Positions 10,330 through 22,758 are shown, counted from the first letter of the stretch. The stretch: DNA of 64,000 nt from Octopus sinensis (GCF_006345805.1 NC_043018.1:29202001-29266000); one strand, 5' to 3'. Numbers and translations are program-made. The notes: generated from the sequence alone by a model not told the origin.

Positions 10330-12176
10330 TTTATTTTATTTTATTTTTATCTATTTTATTTTATTTTATCTAGTTTCAGCTCACGAGCTGTAGCCATGCT
10401 GGGGCACCGCCATTTGGTGTTTCTGCATGATTTTACTTCATGAATGCTTTTTAGCAATTGCCATTTGGTGCATGAGAGAGTTCGATGCAGCTGCCCTCAT
10501 CTGCACCTCCTGCCGTGAAGTTGGTTCATCTGGGACACCTGACAGGAAGAGATCCAGTTTTATTTTAAAGACATCTGCATCCACCCCATGCAGGTCTCTC
10601 AGGTTCTTCGGGAGGATATTGAAGAGCTGTGGGCCTCTGAAGCCCAGGCTATCACAGTATCTTGTCCTACATCTTGATGGTAAATTTGGAGTCCTTAGCA
10701 CTATGCAGTGGCGCCCAGTTCTAGCACTTGTGTAACTCTCGATGCCAAAGTTTGGGACAAGTCCTTCCAGGATCTTCCAGATGTATATTATGGCATATCT
10801 TTCTCGCCTACGCTCTACGGAATAGAGTCTTAATCTCTTGAGTCTTTCCCAGTAGCTTATATGCTGCACAGAAGCTATCTTCTTCGTGTAGCTTCGTTGT
10901 ATCGCCTCAAGTTCTGTGATTAACTTGACATTGGATGGTGGCCATAGCTGAGAGCAATAGTCAAAGTGACTTAGGACAAGTGCCCTCCAGAGGACCATCA
11001 TGGTTTCCTGGTCTCTTGTTCTAAAGGTTCTAAGAATCCATCCGGTCAGCCGCCTATATTTCATTGCCAATTCAGCAACATGCACATGAAAGGTTGCATC
11101 ATCACTCATGTAAATACCCAGGTCTCCCACATATTGTGCCTCTGGGATTGCAATCCCTCGAGGTCCAGTGTATTTATTGGGTATTGCATTTCGTTTGGCA
11201 TGCTGATAGAATAAAGCTTGAAACTTTTCAGCATTGAACTGCATGCTATTCTTTTCAGCCCACTTGTATATTTCGTCCAGCTCACATTGCAGGTGTTTAG
11301 TGTCCTCAGGGTTCTGTATTGCCTGTGAAACTTTTGTATCATCTGCATAACTTGTGATCGTGGCTCTCTGCGTGGCTGAGGGCATGTCTGAGAGGGCCAT
11401 TATGAACAGTAGTGGTCTCAAAACAGTGCCTTGCGGAACACCGCTCACTATTTGCGTGTTAATGGAAGTGTCCCCATTGGCTACTACCACCTGGCTTCTA
11501 TCCTTCAGACAGTCATGAAGCCATTCTCCCAATTTTCCAACTATGCCAAGATCACGCAGTTTGTGACATATCATTCTATGATCGACTTTATCAAAGGCCT
11601 TTGCAATGTCGAGATATATGACTTCCACATTTGAGTGGTTGAGCAGTCGTTTCAGCACCCAGTCATAGTGTTGTAGGAGCTGAGTTAAGCAGCTTCTTCC
11701 TGGTCGGAAACCATGTTGGGTGTCAGGCAGCAAGTCATTTTCTTCAAGGAAGGTGATAAGTTTCCTTCTGACTATTCGTTCCATGACCTTGCAGATGTGT
11801 GAGGTCAGAGAGATAGGTCTGTAGTTCTTGGCCTCGCTCTGCTACCTCCTTTATGAATAGGGCATATTTACCTCCTTTCAGTTTTCTTGGAAGTTTGCCA
11901 GTTGCAAGAAAGCTCTGAAAAGGGAACTGCAGTGGTCTTGCTAGGACTCTCTTACATACTTTTAGAAGGATTGCTGGGAATCCATCGGGGCCAGTAGCTG
12001 TGTTTGATTTCATTTCATCTATAGCCTTTATTACATCGTCTTCCTTTATATTGATGTAATCAATCATCGTTGCCTCTGATTTTGTATCTGCAGTCGTAAA
12101 GAAGTCGGTTGGATTGCTGACTTGAAAATGCCCTAAGGGCGGAGTGAAAATACTCGTGGATTGCTCATTTAGTAAT
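10330..12176 (-). mobile_element. 5'-truncated CR1-group LINE with 8-bp TSD CATATATA
   Basis: RT ORF, 3' UTR and (TAAAA)n tail; catatata at 10322-10329 and 12177-12184. Confidence 0.93.
10438..11784 (-). pseudogene. LINE reverse transcriptase ORF2, C-terminal 448 aa (upstream part frameshifted, 11744-12170)
   Basis: QHGFRPGRSC, YLDIAKAFDKVDH, SGVPQGTVLRPLLF, YADD, LSHFDYCSQLW, LYSVERRRER; upstream frame has ATGPDGFPAILLK. Confidence 0.93.
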
Positions 12177-12348
12177 CATATATACGACGGGCTTCTTTCA
12201 GTATCCGTCTATTAAATCCACTCACAAGGCATTGGTCGGCCCGAGGCTATAGAAGAAAACACTTGCCCAATATGCCACGCAGTGGGACTGAACCCGGTAC
12301 CATGTGGTTCGTAAGCAAGCTACTTACCACACAGCCACTCCTATGCCT
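12177..12348 (-). mobile_element. SINE family A, 5' half
   Basis: cgacgggcttctttcag...gcaagctacttaccacacagccactcct. Confidence 0.9.
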
Positions 12349-12499
12349 CATGCGAGTAAAATCTTTACACATGCTCTCTAGGTGCCGCGACATGGAGAAC
12401 TGAACGCGAAACACGTTGAAACAAGCCATCATCACCATTGCCACCGCCGTAGTCGTCATCAGCACCATCGTCATCATTATCGTCACCATATAGTAGTTG

Positions 12500-12588
12500 A
12501 CACTTGCCTAAGGTGCCACGCAATGGGGCTGAACCCGGTACAATGTGGTTCGTAAGCAAGCTACTTAGAACGCAGCCACTCCTACGCT
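12500..12588 (-). mobile_element. SINE family A head fragment
   Basis: gacacttgcctaaggtgccacgc...gcagccactcctacg. Confidence 0.82.
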
Positions 12589-13370
12589 ATAAAACTTTTA
12601 ATTATAAAAGTTTTAATTATAAGTATGATTAAATGATAACTTAAAAGTTTTAATGATAAAATTTTAATTATAAGTACTATGCCTTTCTTTTCAGAACGAA
12701 CTGGATAGTATGGTATCGTTATTGCACGTATATGTGTATGCAAATCGCTATGAAAATGTGCATGTCACATATGCAGTTACTGATATGTACAAAGGGGTGT
12801 CTTTGATCATAAGCACACAGGTGGAAATATCTGTGCGTGTTCGGGTGAGTAGATGTACGAACGTTGAGTTCGTTTATCTATCCGTCCGTGTAAATACATG
12901 AATGGACCGGTCTGAGCACACATCGATATATATATGTGTGTCTGTACATACGTTTATAGATGTATATATCTATATCTATATATAACAAAGCTCAACGTCT
13001 GTGTGTCTGTGTGTCCGTAAATATATCGGACGAAACAGAATAGAAGATACATAAAAACAAATTGTGTTCTCATGTAAAATTTTACGAGGAAGACAATGAG
13101 CTACATAAAATTTACTTTCCATTGCAATTAGGGGGCTTAAAGGGGGCAGACACCTCTGTGAAATTTCAAATATCTCCGATTTCAATGCAAGTAAAAACAT
13201 AACTACTAGGTACTAAATAAAGAGGATTTCCAAAATTTCACCATCATACAATATTATTTAACCCCGCCCCCACTAATAAGGTTTATGACAAGTGAAAGTG
13301 CTCATGGAAGATACATAAAATTTAAGTATGTATTCTTGGAATAAGTGTACTACAAAACTTCAACAATGCA

Positions 13371-13804
13371 TATCTCATTATAGACATTGCAACGTAATTT
13401 TATGCATTAGAAAAGGAAAATTTTAATAAGCAAAATATATTTAGTTTACCATATCACCGTCAGTTCGAACACCTGTTTTATCAGTTGAGTGTATACCAAT
13501 GCAATGATCGACAGTGAGTAGCACTGTGTCTAAAGAATATATAATATTATAAAAGGTATTTTTTATCCATGTTTGACTAAATTTTGTCAAGTTTCATCTG
13601 AAACATGTGTTTCGGATGTCGGAATAGAAATCTTCAGTTATCTTTAGTTATCTGGCCATCGTGGATTTCCACCCCAACATCCGAAACTCGGAGTTTTATT
13701 ATGGCTACCGAATAATTGTCACATATCACATTTACAGATAAATTCCTCTATTTACATAATATCGAGGTCTCTTTCATTCTTTTGTTGTCTTACCATTTCT
13801 ATCA

Positions 13805-13872
<68 letters not shown>

Positions 13873-14132
13873 ACACATATCTGTTTTTGCTAGCATGTAG
13901 GTGCAACATGACAAAATTAAGTGAAACATGGATAAAAAATAGCCTTTTATAAAATTATGTATTCTTTAGTTAAACAGAGTACTACTGATTGTCGATCGTT
14001 GTATTGCTATACGCTCAACTGATAAGACAGGTGTTCGAACTGGCGGTGATATGATAAACTAAATATATTTTGCTCATTAAAATATTTCTTTTCTAATGCA
14101 TAAAATTACACCGCAAAGTCTATAATGAGTAT
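13371..14132. mobile_element. MITE/foldback element with ~230-240-bp imperfect terminal inverted repeats
   Basis: 13371-~13600 is the reverse complement of ~13890-14132 (for example cagttcgaacacctgt / acaggtgttcgaactg); ends near TA. Confidence 0.85.
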
Positions 14133-14267
14133 ATTCAAATAGCTCATATATTGATGAAATATAAATCATAAAACTATTCGGTCATTTTATCAGGTCTTTT
14201 CCATATCTTACACATCTATGCTTGGCCTGTTGAATGTTGAAAATATAGATTAACTCATCATACTAAA

Positions 14268-14963
14268 ATGCCTCTGAAAAATTTAGGTTTGGACTATCTA
14301 AATAATCTCAGCGTAGGAAAAGAAAAAGAACTGAAGAGGCTGACTATCAGTGGACCAAGAGACTGTGAGTAGATACTGAAAAGCATGCAGCCTTACGAGC
14401 AACACAAAGACAAGAACAAGCAAAAAGAAGACGAAAATCAAATGCCCAACGAACTGCAGCAGCAAGACAGTTTGAAACTCCAGAAGCAAGGGAGGGGGAG
14501 AATTTTTGAATTCCCGCGAGCCAACAGGTGCACCTCCTCATTGTCTTCGACTGAAAGTAGGTTCACCTGTCATGCTTCTGCGCAACCTCTCACAACCAAA
14601 GTTATGCGATGGCACAAGACTCGTTGTCAAGAAATTAATGAGCAATGCTATAGAGGCCACAATAATTTTTGGCTATTGAAAAAAGCAAAGATGTTTTTAT
14701 CCCTCGAATTCCTTCCAACATTCCCTTTGAGTTCAAACGACTTCAGTTTCCCATATGTTTGTCATTTCCAATGTGTATCAATGAGTCACAAGGTCAGACG
14801 TTACAAGTTTCTGGTTTGCATTTAGAAAAGGATTCTTCTTCACATGGACAGCTACTATATGTCGATGCTTCTAGAATAGAGAATAAGAAAAAACCTTTTC
14901 ACATTCAGCTCTAATGGTAAAACTCGAAATATTTTCTATAAAGAAGATTTTTCTGAGCGATAA
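14268..14963 (+). pseudogene. Helitron RepHel remnant: N-terminal basic region fused to PIF1-like helicase C-terminus
   Basis: [47 protein letters not shown], then VFIPRIPSNIPFEFKRLQFPICLSFPMCINESQGQTL, HGQL, GKTRNIFYKE; frameshifts present. Confidence 0.9.
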
Positions 14964-15819
14964 ACAAACTAATAATTGCATATTGTTCAATATAATTATA
15001 ATGAGATTCTCAACGTCAAATTCTGATAATATGAAAAGCCACTTCTATGTCATTTTTTGACTTGTAATAGAATATTTTTGTATAATCTTTAAGGTTATGA
15101 GTAACCCATTAGTAAAATCATTCCATTATCATATTGGAGATCTATTATAACCTATATAATTTTTTCTAGAAATTCTTCATATATCATCATGTTTCAGAGT
15201 TTTAATTATTTCTCATTTTTCATTTCTAATTGCTTTACTTTCTATATATTTAAAAACCTATTTATATCTTTATGCCAGCATCATACTTGATTTGTTAAGC
15301 ATCATAAATAGTTATAATGAAGATGTTACATTACTATGATAAAATATATTTAATTATTAGTATTTGTTGTGATTCTTGATTACACATTGCAATATGTATG
15401 TCTTTATAATTTTCCTCAAGCTTTTATTTACTTGCATTCTATATTCAAAAGCTGCGGTCTATGTGATGGGTGCTTCAATTTATAAATCAGAATATTCAGA
15501 TAAAGAATTAGAAGTTTGTAAGCAACCATGATTATATCTAGTTAATGGAAGAACCTCTTTTACACAAAAGCTGGCATTCTTTTCTTTTCAGTTTTAAGAA
15601 TATATAGAGATTTTATCATCTACATGATTGGAAACAATAATTTTATTAGGATAAACGAGTAGTGAATTCAATAGTATATTAGAATGCATTATAACTTTTG
15701 GGGCTGAAGCTTGGCAATAAGAGCTTGCGGATATTCCGCTACAAAACATTCAATAATATCGAAGCAGTACCTTTCATAAATCAGGGTATAATTTTTGAAG
15801 GTTTTTTCTCAACCCAATC

Positions 15820-15820
15820 A

Positions 15821-15896
<76 letters not shown>

Positions 15897-15945
15897 ATAA
15901 TTAATAATAAAATATTAGGGAATAAATCCAAACTTACAGGGAAAA

Positions 15946-15976
<31 letters not shown>

Positions 15977-16016
15977 TGTATGTATGTATGTATGTATGTA
16001 TGTATGTATGTATGTA
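15820..16016. repeat. (TA)n and (TATG)n microsatellites
   Basis: Direct observation. Confidence 0.93.
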
Positions 16017-16110
16017 TGGTTGAAATTCACAGAAAAGCAAAAGACGAAGACAGGCGTATAAACGACAAGCAGGTGTATTATTTGACGCTCGGGAAAGGGA
16101 GAAAGTTTAT
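16017..16110 (-). mobile_element. Penelope-like terminal repeat fragment (lacks the ribozyme-like part)
   Basis: caaaagacgaagacagg...gtgtatta..tgacgctcgggaa matches the reverse complement of 21500-21575. Confidence 0.55.
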
Positions 16111-16789
16111 TCGTAAGATACTACTTAGCGATAGATTTGCTGATTGATAGCAAGTATACGAGGTGTATAAAGTTAGGCTTTTGTATATACATGTTTTAAT
16201 AGTATTAATTGTAGTTTTAAATTTCTTATAATTAAATTAGATAAACTTTGATAAACTTAAATATGTTTCGACTAAAGATTGGTCCAGGCCATGTCTAATT
16301 TAATAGCATAACTTAGTTTTTGTTTTTTTAAATTGATATTCGCTAGTTATTCCCATTGATAATTATATTTATAGTATTTATAGTATTTATTAGATACTAT
16401 ATTACTACGAAATGATTATTCTATAAGTATTTTACATAAGATTTCCGAAAGTTCGTTTAAGTTTGTTTGTTTGTATTTTTGAAATTAGCTATTTCATCTT
16501 TAAATAGGAAAAATTAATTTATTAGGTTTTTTATTATATGTGCATATATATTTATTTATAGAGATTATTTTAGATCTTAATTATAATATTTATATACATT
16601 TTTATATTTTCATTGATAATTTATATATAATAGTCATTTTTAAGTATTTATGTAATTAGATATAGATTAATACCGATATTAGATTATTGGTGGGTTTCCT
16701 ACCTTATAAATTAAAATTAATATTCAACATTATAGTCGATTTTGATATAATCATAATTGTTAAGTTTTATGTTTCTAGTTTGGTCAATT

Positions 16790-17281
16790 TGAACGAAAAA
16801 GCAAAAGAAAATCAGTACATCAGATCTAAAAAGCTCTTAAACAAATTGATGGTTATGTGCAGATCCTTCTGAAGTTCCAAGTGTTATGTATACAAAATTT
16901 CCTGCAACTATCATGGTTTTACAGCTTGTCAGCAATGAAAGACATGTGATGCCTCCTCACTTCTTTCCACAATGCTTTAGTGTTAAAACGGTTGCCTACA
17001 CTGAGGTCCTGGAAGCAACTGTTAAGCCCTGGATAGACAGGATAGACACTGTATGCAATGGAAGTCCTAAAATTTGGCCTCCTAATTCCCCAGATCTCAA
17101 TCCATTTGACTATTATATGTGGAGCATTTTTGAGATAGATAGAGGTCAATGAACACTCCCGTAACACCATACAGTGGTTTTATTGAATAACATTATAGAT
17201 ATTTTTCATAAATAAAGTTATGTTATTGTATATCTGTTTTTTATAAACAAGAATCTGTCCTCAAATATCTTACGCACCCTG
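16790..17281 (+). pseudogene. Tc1/mariner maT-like (DD37D-type) transposase remnant with 3' end
   Basis: EVPSVMYTKFPATIMVLQLVSNERHVMPPHFFP...VKPWID...WPPNSPDLNPFDYYMW; ends gcaccctg|TA. Confidence 0.85.
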
Positions 17282-17289
17282 TATACTCT

Positions 17290-17699
17290 CTCTTTACTCT
17301 TTTACTCTTTTACTTGTTTCAGTCATTTGACTGCGGCCATGCTGGAGCACCGCCTTTAGTCGAGCAAATCGACCCCGGGACTTATTCTTTGTAAGCCCAG
17401 TACTTATTCTATCGGTGTCTTTTTGCCGAACCGCTAAGTGACGGGGACATAAACACACCAGCATCGGTTGTCAGGCAATGCTAGGGGGACAAACACAGAC
17501 ACACAAACATATACACACACATATATATATGCATATATACGACAGGCTTCTTTCAGTTTCCGTCTACCAAATCCACTCACAAGGCATTGGTCGGCCCGAG
17601 GCTATAGCAGAAGACACTTGCCCAAGATGCCACGCAGTGGAACTGAACCCGGAACCATGTGGTTGATTAGCAAGCTACTTACCACACAGCCACTCCTAC

Positions 17700-17700
<1 letters not shown>
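17290..17700 (-). mobile_element. SINE family A, full length
   Basis: Complete tail tttcagtcatttgactgcggccatgctggagcaccgcc through to head. Confidence 0.93.
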
Positions 17701-17743
<43 letters not shown>

Positions 17744-17830
17744 GCGTATATGTGTGTGTTTATGTATAAAAGGAAATCTATGAATGTATGATTGACATGT
17801 ATATATGTGTATGTGTCACTCTGTGTGTGA

Positions 17831-18146
17831 AAGCACGTGACTTAATGGTTAGGGCATTCGACTCATGATCGTATGGTCACGTTCCATTCCTGGTGAGGCG
17901 TTGTGTCCTTGAGCATTTCGCCTTATTTCACATTGCTCCAGTCATCGCAGCTGGCAAACGTGAGTGGTACCTGTATTTCAAAGGGCCAGCCTTGTCACAT
18001 TTTGTGATAAGCTGAATATCGCAGTGGTCAACGTTGAGTGTACGCGTGTCTGTGGGGTGCCCAGCCACTTACATGTCAATTTCGTGAGCAAGTTGCTGTT
18101 GCGTCGATCGGATCTACTGGGACCCATTTCGTCGTAACCGACGCAG

Positions 18147-18147
<1 letters not shown>
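17831..18147 (+). mobile_element. SINE family B
   Basis: gcacgtgacttaatggttaggg...gtgtccttgagc...cacattgctccag...gtcgtaaccgacg. Confidence 0.82.
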
Positions 18148-18181
<34 letters not shown>

Positions 18182-18664
18182 CTATATATATATATATATA
18201 TATACACACACATACATACGTGTGTGTGTGTGTGCGTACGTGTCTATGTCTGTGTGAATAGAAAAAAGGTACATTTAAGTAGGTGTATGTGTGTATGTAC
18301 ATCTAAATTCGTAGAGATGGAGACGAGTATGTGGGTGTGTTGTAGAACACCTATGCCTGTAAACACACACACACACACAAGCATCTATATCTTTGTGAAA
18401 ATATTTTTGTGGCGAATGAATCTGTGGTGTGTGATCATAAATCTGTTCTGGGTAAGAATCGGAGGATTACTAACGTGACAGACGCTGACAGATTCTGAAT
18501 CAAGTGGGTAATATAGATCTGAAAAGATGAGAATTGAAAACGATGTATCCTTCATACCTGTTCTCTGTGTGTGTGTGTGTGTGTGGACACAAACATAAGT
18601 GTGTCAACAGATGTTTCACGATATGTTTATATGTGTGTGTGCGTTCGTGCGTGTACATATATTC

Positions 18665-18700
<36 letters not shown>

Positions 18701-18939
18701 GTGGGTGGTTTTATGTTACAGATGTATATATTTGTGCTTTTGGATAGAGTTAGATGCATTTATAAGAATGTGTGGGCGAGTACATATAAGTTTGCATATA
18801 CATGTGCATCTGTAGGTTGGTGTGTGTTTTTGCCTAGATATGTGTATGTATATCTATACGTAGACTCTATGGAAAATGTGGATAAGTGAGTACGCATATT
18901 TGCATGTGTATGCGTGTGCATGCATATATATATATATAT

Positions 18940-18957
18940 AAATGCACACACACATAC

Positions 18958-19006
<49 letters not shown>

Positions 19007-19039
19007 GAAATAAATAAATACATATACACACACACACAT

Positions 19040-19097
<58 letters not shown>
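18940..19097. repeat. (TA)n/(CA)n microsatellite
   Basis: Direct observation. Confidence 0.93.
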
Positions 19098-19100
<3 letters not shown>

Positions 19101-19545
19101 TGGGTTAAGGAATAATTCATGGGCGTTTTTTCCAGTATATTTTAAAGAAAAAAAATTCAACAAATTAATCAATAAAATACTCTGTCGTTCTTTACGACTT
19201 CCTTCCATCATTCAATATATTTTTCGATGCCTCGGCGATAGAAATCTACTTTTTATCACTCAAAGAATTCGTCCAACTAACTCTTAATTCCACCTTGTTA
19301 TTGAACAAGACACTACGCAAAACGTTCGAAAGAGATGAAAAGGTAACGGCGCCAAGTCTGGAGTTTCCATTTGAGTTGTTGAGAACGTTCGTTGTTGAGT
19401 TGCAGAAGAACGCCATTTCGCCTATTCGGTTTTATGTTGATCGTAGAGCTCCGCATTGAGTGTTTGGTTGCGCTCAAGCAGTCCGTAATGAATTATGACT
19501 TCCCAGTCCCACCACACACATTTTATCATGGCTACCGAATAATTG
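19098..19545 (-). pseudogene. Mariner transposase C-terminal remnant with 3' TIR
   Basis: Minus strand reads CVWWDWEVIIHYGLLERNQTLNAELY, PNRRNGVLLQ, PDLAPLPFHLFR; TIR cattgggttaaggaataattcatgggcgttttt after TA. Confidence 0.85.
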
Positions 19546-19552
19546 TCACATT

Positions 19553-19645
<93 letters not shown>

Positions 19646-19789
19646 CCAAGCCGGACTATAAATCCTACCTCCTCACTCTTCACCATCGCCTAAAATATTA
19701 CCCCGCTCACTTCCTTCTCACTGCTTTCAGTCGTCCATTAACCTCTCTTTACTCATTTTCAAAAAAGCCCCAAAAAAACGAGACGCAGT

Positions 19790-19964
19790 GATAGATCGTT
19801 AGCCACTACATTTTTTTCTCTCCTTGTTTTTTCTGTGTACTTTTCTGTAGAAGAGCGTAGGCTCGAAACGTAAAATAATTTTTATATTCCTGAGCGTTAT
19901 ACTAATACATCTGTTTGTTTTGTACATCCCGTCTTCATCTTTTGTTTTTTTCGTAAACTCTCCC
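19790..19964 (+). mobile_element. Penelope-like terminal repeat with hammerhead-like motif
   Basis: gatagatcgttagccactac...ctgtagaagagcgtaggctcgaaacgta...cgtaaactctccc, then (TA)n; near copy at 21410; class inferred. Confidence 0.6.
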
Positions 19965-20030
<66 letters not shown>

Positions 20031-20037
20031 CATATAT

Positions 20038-20092
<55 letters not shown>

Positions 20093-20190
20093 TGTATGTA
20101 TATATGCATGAATGTACGTTTGTATGTACAAATGCATGTATACCTGTATGTATGTATGCATGCATGCACGTATGTTTGTATGTATGTATG
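19965..20190. repeat. (TA)n/(TACA)n/(TATG)n microsatellite
   Basis: Direct observation. Confidence 0.93.
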
Positions 20191-20699
20191 CACACATTTG
20201 GCTTTATAGACAAGGTTACAAACTCTCAATACACAATTACAATGTAATTATAGTATTAATGATTATTGTGATGAGAACACTCTTTCTTGGTACTTGATGA
20301 TTCTCAGTAAACGGCATTACCTGATAAAATGTTCGCGACAAATGTTGAAGGAGAGATGGGGTTTCAGTTGCAAAAAATTTGATAGTTATTAAGATATTAA
20401 TTTGAACAGTCATTAAGATACAAGTAATTGGGAAAAATCTGTTATTGAAGATGCTCATTAATTATATCGAAGTATTCATACTTTACTAAGAGAAAGCAAT
20501 TATTAGAGTCTACACTGCCTAGAAAATTCTTAAAACTCCTAATTTTAATATATATTTTATCAAAATGTGGTTTTGAATTTCTCTCTTTATTAATAGTTCA
20601 AACCAATTATGAGTCATTGCGAAATAGACTTTTTTAACATTATCAGAGCTAGCGTTCTTTGAAATGAAATATGAAAGAAATTGAATAACAGTGTTTAGT

Positions 20700-21110
20700 T
20701 GCAACACAATTAAGGAAAAAAATGCTATCAGGTGAACTTTATGCGAATTCATGGAAGTTCTGAAGAATCTAGAGTCTCGAAAGTTAACAACTGATGCGGG
20801 TAGTTTATTCCATGCTTCAACAATTCTGAGTGTGAAAAAAAAATGTTTCCCAAAGTCATGGACGCTATGTTGTTTTTTTATTTTGTATGCATGTCCACGA
20901 GTGTTTGACATGGAATTCAAAAATGTGCCCAAGATCGCTGTTAGAAGGATGGTTGATAAACTTGTGGGTGTTTACCAAGTCAAATGCTGGACGTCTAAGT
21001 TTCAATGTGTCCAAGCTCAGGGAAGCAAAACGTTCAGAGATTGGTAAATGCGGGCATTCATTTTGTTGCACGTTTCTGAACAGTTTCAAGGAGATTGATA
21101 TGCTGAGCAA
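20700..21110 (-). mobile_element. Second CR1-group LINE, 3' fragment
   Basis: ERFASLSLDTLKLRR, NTRGHAYKIKKQHS, HFFTLRIVEAWNKLPASVV across frames. Confidence 0.85.
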
Positions 21111-21409
21111 GATAGGGGTTCCCCTACATCTCTCTCTCCCTCGCCCTACCTCACTCTCCGTCTCTGTCTCTCTCTGTCTCTCTTATACACTTCAAAACTA
21201 TTTTGAAGACGTATCAATAAAAATACATCTTCAAATTATATGCTTGATCCAGCTTCAGCGAAATGATGATGATTCCTTTAAAAGTGGTTTTACTTAAATT
21301 ATATCAATTGTACCACAAATACACTTGTTGAGAATAATTGAATAATCAAGCAATAAATAGTTCATAACACACATATACATATATCAATAAATAAATAAAT
21401 ATATATATT

Positions 21410-21574
21410 GATAGATCGTTAGCCACTACAGACATTTATTTCTCTCCTTGTTTTTTTTCTGTGTCCCTTTCTGTAGAAGAGCGTAGGCTCGAAACGTAAA
21501 ATACTTTTTCTATTCGTGAGCGTTATACTGATACACCTGTCTTCGTCTTTTGTTGTTTTTTTCGTAAACTCTCC

Positions 21575-21575
<1 letters not shown>
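21410..21575 (+). mobile_element. Penelope-like terminal repeat with hammerhead-like motif
   Basis: Same unit as 19790-19964, bounded by TA-rich sequence on both sides. Confidence 0.6.
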
Positions 21576-21616
<41 letters not shown>

Positions 21617-21719
21617 TTATACAATCATGCTTATAGAGATACACAACGTTTTCGACAAGTGTTCTGTTTGTTTAGTCAACGGAAAGATCTGCAAATTGAA
21701 CTACTAGATGAGTGGCTGA

Positions 21720-21975
21720 GAAGCTCACACTCATGCGTACCCTTATTATAACTTTTAAGGGAAATATTCATGACAGAAACTGATAAAAAAGGACCTCGAA
21801 ATTACAAGCACAAAATCACCCGGTAGATGTCAAAATAGTTGCGATCCACCCCACGTTCGCTCAGAACATTTAGCTTGGCTCGAAGTGATGGTCAAATCTA
21901 CTTGACTTAGATTCCAAACAATGGAATCGAATGCAGGACCTTATGCCTAACTATTCAGCCATACATACGCCCACA
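21720..21975 (-). mobile_element. SINE family B, highly degenerate
   Basis: gagtggctgagaagctcacac and ggaatcgaatgcaggacc segments. Confidence 0.5.
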
Positions 21976-22380
21976 CTTGCACGTAAATGCATATATATAT
22001 ATATATATTACACTGATATACGTAGATGCATAATCATTCGGAGCACAAATTCTACGAGCATAAAGGCACACATACATTTATTTATGTATGTACAGATATT
22101 TGCGTGTTTGTATATATATATATGCATGTATGTACAGATATGTATACGTATGTATTTTTTAGTTATTTGTGCGTCTGTATGCATATGCATGACAATATAC
22201 TTGCATGCTGTTTGCTGATTGCATGCCTCCATGTATCGCAAGGTTTTGGAATATGCATCTCAAAACCACATCATTGCGTTTGTGTCTTTATATATACGTC
22301 TGTGCATTGGAAGGAAAGTTAGAAATATTTTCCTTTTATATTAACAATATATAGCCGCAGAAAAAGTTAGATTATTTCCA

Positions 22381-22384
<4 letters not shown>

Positions 22385-22462
<78 letters not shown>
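22385..22462. repeat. (CT)n microsatellite
   Basis: Direct observation. Confidence 0.95.
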
Positions 22463-22464
<2 letters not shown>

Positions 22465-22758
22465 CATGACACCAAAGTAAGAAATTGCACACAATTCACA
22501 GTGTGAACGATCGACGAATAAAATGTGCTTTAACTAGCCTGAGGGTAGGATCAGTATGTTCTTTATTCAGCCTGAATAAATATATATTTAAATTACTTCG
22601 CACATTGCATTTAGTTTCCTGTATATTCTGTTTTTTTGTTTTTTTTGCTAAAACTCATTATTATTATTATGTATATATGTCGCTGTGTTTACATACGTTT
22701 CCCTGAGTCTGTGTGTAGGGTCGCGTGTCTATGTTAAGATAACATTTTCTGTGGACAG

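Larger units (their letters stand above)
12975..15541 (+). mobile_element. Internally deleted Helitron (3' boundary uncertain)
   Basis: 5' A|TCTATATATAACAAAGCTCAACGTCTGTGTGTC; RepHel remnants at 14268-14963; candidate CTAG|T at 15538-15541 without a clear hairpin. Confidence 0.6.

Noticed and set aside
12588-12680. Short palindromes and repeats of aaaagttttaattat
   Set aside because: Extremely AT-rich low-complexity sequence where 11-bp arms are expected by chance or slippage
16150-16780. Very AT-rich tract considered as a NUMT
   Set aside because: No recognisable mitochondrial gene, tRNA or rRNA motif found by eye
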